Assembly (NCBI GenBank): GCA_001949185.1
Contig: BDGG01000002.1
Location: 8,476,133 to 8,540,132 of the forward strand
Direction: 5' to 3'
Length of the DNA stretch: 64,000 nucleotides
Source: Ramazzottius varieornatus
Taxonomy: Eukaryota > Animalia > Tardigrada
Shown: positions 60,675 to 64,000 of the stretch, one piece after another
Layout of the letters: each line of letters begins with the position of its first letter
Numbering within the stretch: the stretch's first letter is position 1
The notes under the pieces: model-generated
Database searches by the model: none
What the model was told of the DNA's origin: nothing
Seen by the model: the letters and a program-made list of their open reading frames with translations, nothing else
Position numbers and translations under genes: made by a program

Positions 60675-62268
60675 TATGAAATAACCGGCCAAACCTCCGC
60701 CAAACGCCTACGTGCAGAAGTTGTTGTTTTTGCTTTTCTCTCTGCGCCTCCTGCAGCATATTCCCCTGCCTGCCAGCTCACCACAGTTGTATTAACACCA
60801 CTGATCTGAATCATTGCACAGTAGATTTGATTTCTTTTGAATAATTATAAGTCGATGATGCGACTCAGTCCGACGTCGTTCTGGCCGGCGGATGCCGAGA
60901 CCTCACGTGATGCGCTAGTAGGTCAGGGGGTTAAATTGAAGGCACCCCCTCCCTTCGGATCATGGTTCCAGCAAGTTGCGCTGAGCGGTGTCAAGAGCGC
61001 ACGATGACATAACTGTGAGACTGCAGGCTCGAGGTACTGTCGACCACTTCCCTCTGACATGAGGGCGGCTGCAGGAATCTTTATGTAGTACACGCATGAT
61101 GGGTAATCATTGGACAGTGAAAATTAAGAGACAGGCAGAAAGGATGGCAAAATGGAAATTCAACCGTGGAAAAGTGTTCAAAAGTACATTAGCGTGAATC
61201 GGTCGTTGAGTGAACATAGAGTGAACAAACGTTGAAGCGTCACGCTGAACAGTCGACCCGGAAATAAGTGAAACACGATCAGAAACAGACGAATCATTAG
61301 GAAGATTATCAAAACCACTTTCCCGAACGTGGACAGTTGTGTTCACAAAGCGTTAGTATTGAAAACCGCGACCGTCTGTGGTTTCCGAGAAAAAGCCTCC
61401 AAAGTGAGGTGCTCTGCCTTTTTCAAAATTGCTCGATTAGTATTGAAGGTCGCCGTTTGAAAAAACAATCACTTTGTCGAGAAGATTGTTATCTACAACT
61501 TTAGTGCAGGTCAGCTCTTGACCAAACGCACGATTCGAATTAAACGCTGCAAAACCGCGCTTCAGCGTCTCTGTACATTGCGTGCATCAGTACGTTCTGA
61601 AATGACCGTTACTCCAGCATACGGAACGATCTTCCCACCGAAAACGTTCCCCCATCTCCCGTATTCAATTGTTTCCCAGAAGGACAGGAATACTCAATAA
61701 CCTCCCTTCAACGATCCATCGATATCGGTTCGCCCCGAGGTTGCAACTGTACAACTCCGCAGAATCTGAAATACTCAACTTGCTGCCCGCGTCTGGATTG
61801 CTCAAAACAAGCACTAGAGCTTCTTGAACAAAAAGTCATCAGTGATAAAGCGGTACACTCACCCCACTCGAGGGAGCAGTATCATCGCATTCCAAGCGTT
61901 GTGGATTATAGTATTAACCGAAGAAAAATGGCTCCTCTTCAATAGGACCAGCTACTGTCTACACGACTGTCTCGTTACGTACAGCGCCTGAAACCATTCA
62001 CAAATTGCCAAAGGCCATTTGTCAATCGCTTCACATTTTGATCGTAAGCACATCGAGAGGACTTTCCTACCTTCTCGAGTAGTGGTGCTCTGTGTAACGC
62101 TAACTTTGATATGGAAAGGCAGCCATGGACTGGGGTGTTCAAGGACGCTCATGTGGACGACAAAGGTGCAGCATACCTCATGGCGGCAGGTATGTATACC
62201 TACACTGTGTATTCTCTTTCTCTTTCGCGCAACCGCGGTTTGTTATTACACTGACTCTCGTAAGTCAT

Positions 62269-62841
62269 TGGCCACCATACGTCCATTCAGAACAATTTTT
62301 CCGAGCTCTCGAGAAGAAGTTTCGCTAACATGCCAAGTTGGGTTTATCGCGGCATAAAACACTGTTCCATGTTGAACTTTCCATATCTTCTGTTACTGTT
62401 CCGAAAGCGGAGTCGTCTTAGTTGAAGTAGCTACCATTCAGACGTGTCTTGGCAGTAAAGATATCGTAGATGAGACATACGGAGTATTCCCTGCCGAAAA
62501 CAACCGAAAATACTTCCTGGATGGCACCTTAGCGAAACGTTTTCTACAGAGGTCAGAAAAATTCACATGTAGGCTTGTTTGGAAGACCGATGTTGGTTCT
62601 ACCTTGTGATGACAAGCGGAGTGTACCAGCTATTGGCTGGCACCCTCAGCACGGTGCCGAAAATAAGGTAGTTCCAAAGGTTTGTAGGCCGAGCACTGCC
62701 AGTTGATTTATTGATGAGTTCGCACGAAAGTTAGGTGGTTTTGAACATGAAACATTAGTCTTCTGAGAGATCCTTGAAATAGCAAATCGGTTCGCATCAA
62801 AGGAAGTTAATGAATTTTTGAATGGACGTATTGGGTGGCCA
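62269..62841. mobile_element. degenerate MITE
   Basis: tggccaccatacgtccattca vs tgaatggacgtattgggtggcca; AT flanks both ends. Confidence 0.65.
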
Positions 62842-64000
62842 ATCACCTATGAGAGTGGCGGTTTGAGGCCCTTGGACCTCGACAATGGCCGTAACGCTGT
62901 CCGGATTTCGGACAATTGCGTTGGTACAGCTCAGATCTGTACCTGGGCGTTCCTTCGCTCTACGGTTTTGTTTTAGCGACTTCGTCGAACTGTTACTGTA
63001 GAAGACTCCAGCCGTCGAAGGTGCGACCGTGCGAGCATGCTCGACTCGGCCCGAGGTTTAAGCGGCAAAACTGACCCTGGTCGTACTGTGTGACTCGTAC
63101 AGTTGTGCTTACCCTTGTGGCTTAACATCGTCTATTGCAGGCTACCCGGAAGAAACGGCAGAAAGATTAGGCCCAACCATCTCCATAATGTTGATCAGCG
63201 CGCACAAAGATTCCTTTGTGCAACATATCATTACCCCAAGCGTGGGACGTTTTAACGAGCGTGTCTTCAAGCTTGACCAAGTGCAGGAATCCACCATCAC
63301 ACATGGACCCAACAAGATCACCAAATGCACGGTATGTAGCAAAATAGTCATTGGTTTGAAATCAGCTCCATCAAAGGAAAGTAGCGCATGGTACCGTACA
63401 GAGTTGGTATCACTGGGACGAGCCCTCCAGGACCCTGGCGTCAAAGTTTTCCAGCTCTAACGGGACGGATATCGCAATTGATTTGGTCTTCAGTGAAGAC
63501 TACAATAGCCTTACCAAGGTAATACATTACAGTTTTCTGTCAGAAAAAGAAACCAACAATAGTCTCTGCTCCAGCCCAAGTTCTGTTGTGTAGTACCGAC
63601 GGGCTGGGGATGTCGAGGCCATTCAAGAAATGATACGTCTTGCCTGACTGGGGCACCCATTACCGTCACCACGCTCCGCGGCGCCCCTAATGCAGCCGCC
63701 GACAACAACTGCAGGAAGACGTCATACTTTCCCGAACTGCTTGCATGAATCCCATAATGTTGCTTTCTGTCAACTCTTACTATACTTGAACCCGCTGTGG
63801 GTCGACCAAAGGCTGACCGTTTCTGGGAGAACCATTATAATTAAGCTAGAAGAAATCAGCGTCATCCTCGCTGTCGGCAAATTTTGTGCTCATCAAGGAG
63901 CAGGCTCATAAGCGAAGTGCAAATTTAAGAAAATCATTAATGAGGCCCAGTAAAGTTTCCAGTAAAGTTTCCCATGTCGGGGCAGCAGATCCGTCTTCTG

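Noticed and set aside
62880-64000. ORFs at the end of the window
   Set aside because: No recognisable motifs or consistent exon structure.

Overview
Eukaryotic (animal) genomic DNA of intermediate GC, with short GT-AG introns (mostly about 50-150 bp) and compact genes. This style, and the intronless GPCR type, would fit a small invertebrate such as a tardigrade; that is inference and cannot be shown from the window. Recognisable host genes: CHMP1 (ESCRT-III), a mitochondrial-type valyl-tRNA synthetase, a polypeptide GalNAc-transferase (GALNT1/pgant5-like), a secreted cyclase-family (KynB/isatin-hydrolase-like) metallohydrolase, and a long MRP/ABCC transporter. Manual splicing reveals genes the ORF track hides: a MED15-type KIX-domain protein, three secreted Cys-module proteins (Gly/Met-rich with a defensin/clip-like tail; a furin-cleavable two-module precursor; a knottin-tailed protein), a short LRR-cap membrane protein, a multi-pass membrane protein fragment and a THAP gene broken by a MITE. 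An intronless class-A GPCR carries two in-frame stops. Positions 17.5-31.7 kb are mostly transposon-derived. They include a three-level nest (a pogo element with TA TSD, inside a two-gene PIF/Harbinger-superfamily element with AAT TSD, inside a non-autonomous element with an 8-bp TSD), a decayed LINE with an unusual 3' extension, and a probable tRNA-derived SINE. About a dozen MITE-like elements are scattered through the window. No CRISPR array, rRNA or intact tRNA was seen. All coordinates and splice models were derived by eye.
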